NCBI RefSeq assembly: GCF_021869535.1
Contig: NW_026262668.1
Coordinates: forward strand, 12,276,001-12,340,000
DNA: 64,000 bases
Source: Mytilus californianus
Lineage: Eukaryota
Direction: 5' to 3'
In this document: positions 63,341 through 64,000 of the stretch, one piece after another
Layout of the letters: the number at the start of each line of letters is the position of its first letter
Position numbering within the stretch: position 1 is the first letter of the stretch
The notes under the pieces: generated by a model
Told to the model about the DNA's origin: nothing
The model's database searches: none
What the model saw: the letters and a program-made list of their open reading frames with translations, nothing else
Program-made: the position numbers and the translations under genes

Positions 63341-64000
63341 CTTAGCATACAGTTATAGTGTGTACTGTGATATACCAAAAAGAAGCTGTTTCATATTATT
63401 CGTTATATCGCAACTATTTCTGCATTTGTAGTAATATGGACATATTGAAAAATCATAAGGCCAATTCTAACCCTGCGTGAATCTTCTCCTTAAATTGTAC
63501 GAATATTGAATAACGAATTAATGTAGTAAGCTTCCAAATATATGCTAAAATATAAACACTAATGTAATTGATCAGCATTTTTACTGATTCCATCTGCAGT
63601 AATTAAGATAAAAAGTGGTATTTCACATCTACCTTAATTTATACGGTAATGTTGTTCATAATGCAACTTTAAGAATTGTCTTTCAAATATTTCGCTAAAG
63701 TTTATAATTATACTGTTGTGTTCATCCCTGCTTCTGGTATTTGTTTGTTTTTTGTATGTGTCTTTTTTTAATAAACATCAATTCGTAAATACTTTAAAAT
63801 CATTTCCTTTGTTTATCTATAGTTTGTTTGGGCATTTCACATGTACAAGATCAAGTATTCATGTACTCTTCATAAAATTGTATGAAATATTTTATGTAGT
63901 ACATCAACTGATATTAAGTGTAGGACGACATGATTTCACATCAGCAGGTTAAGTACTTTGAGCTCGCTTCTATTAACTACGAGCGTTGCTTATTATTTGT

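Overview
AT-rich, intron-containing animal genomic DNA; the repeat families look bivalve (Mytilus-like), which is an inference. Three spliced genes were reconstructed by hand on the + strand. Two are tandem paralogues of a PhyH-family Fe(II)/2-oxoglutarate dioxygenase (L-proline trans-4-hydroxylase/EctD-like; 9 coding exons each; 11728-20135 and 29896-39916). The third is an 8-exon caspase with two N-terminal dsRNA-binding domains (44689-62338); its exon 2/3 junction is one base out of phase at an A8 run. The mobile fraction includes a decayed Naiad-type Penelope-like retroelement with four TGA codons at cysteine positions and a SECIS-like hairpin (selenoprotein signature). It also includes many type I hammerhead ribozymes from three sequence families, among them a ~538-nt-unit tandem array, an inverted pair and terminally redundant monomers, plus a Neptune-like Penelope fragment, a CR1/L2-group LINE, tRNA-derived SINEs, Helentron-type HINEs and TTAA-flanked MITEs. 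Most ORFs in the supplied track are spurious, exon fragments or transposon debris. All alignments and folds were done by eye; no database searches were run.
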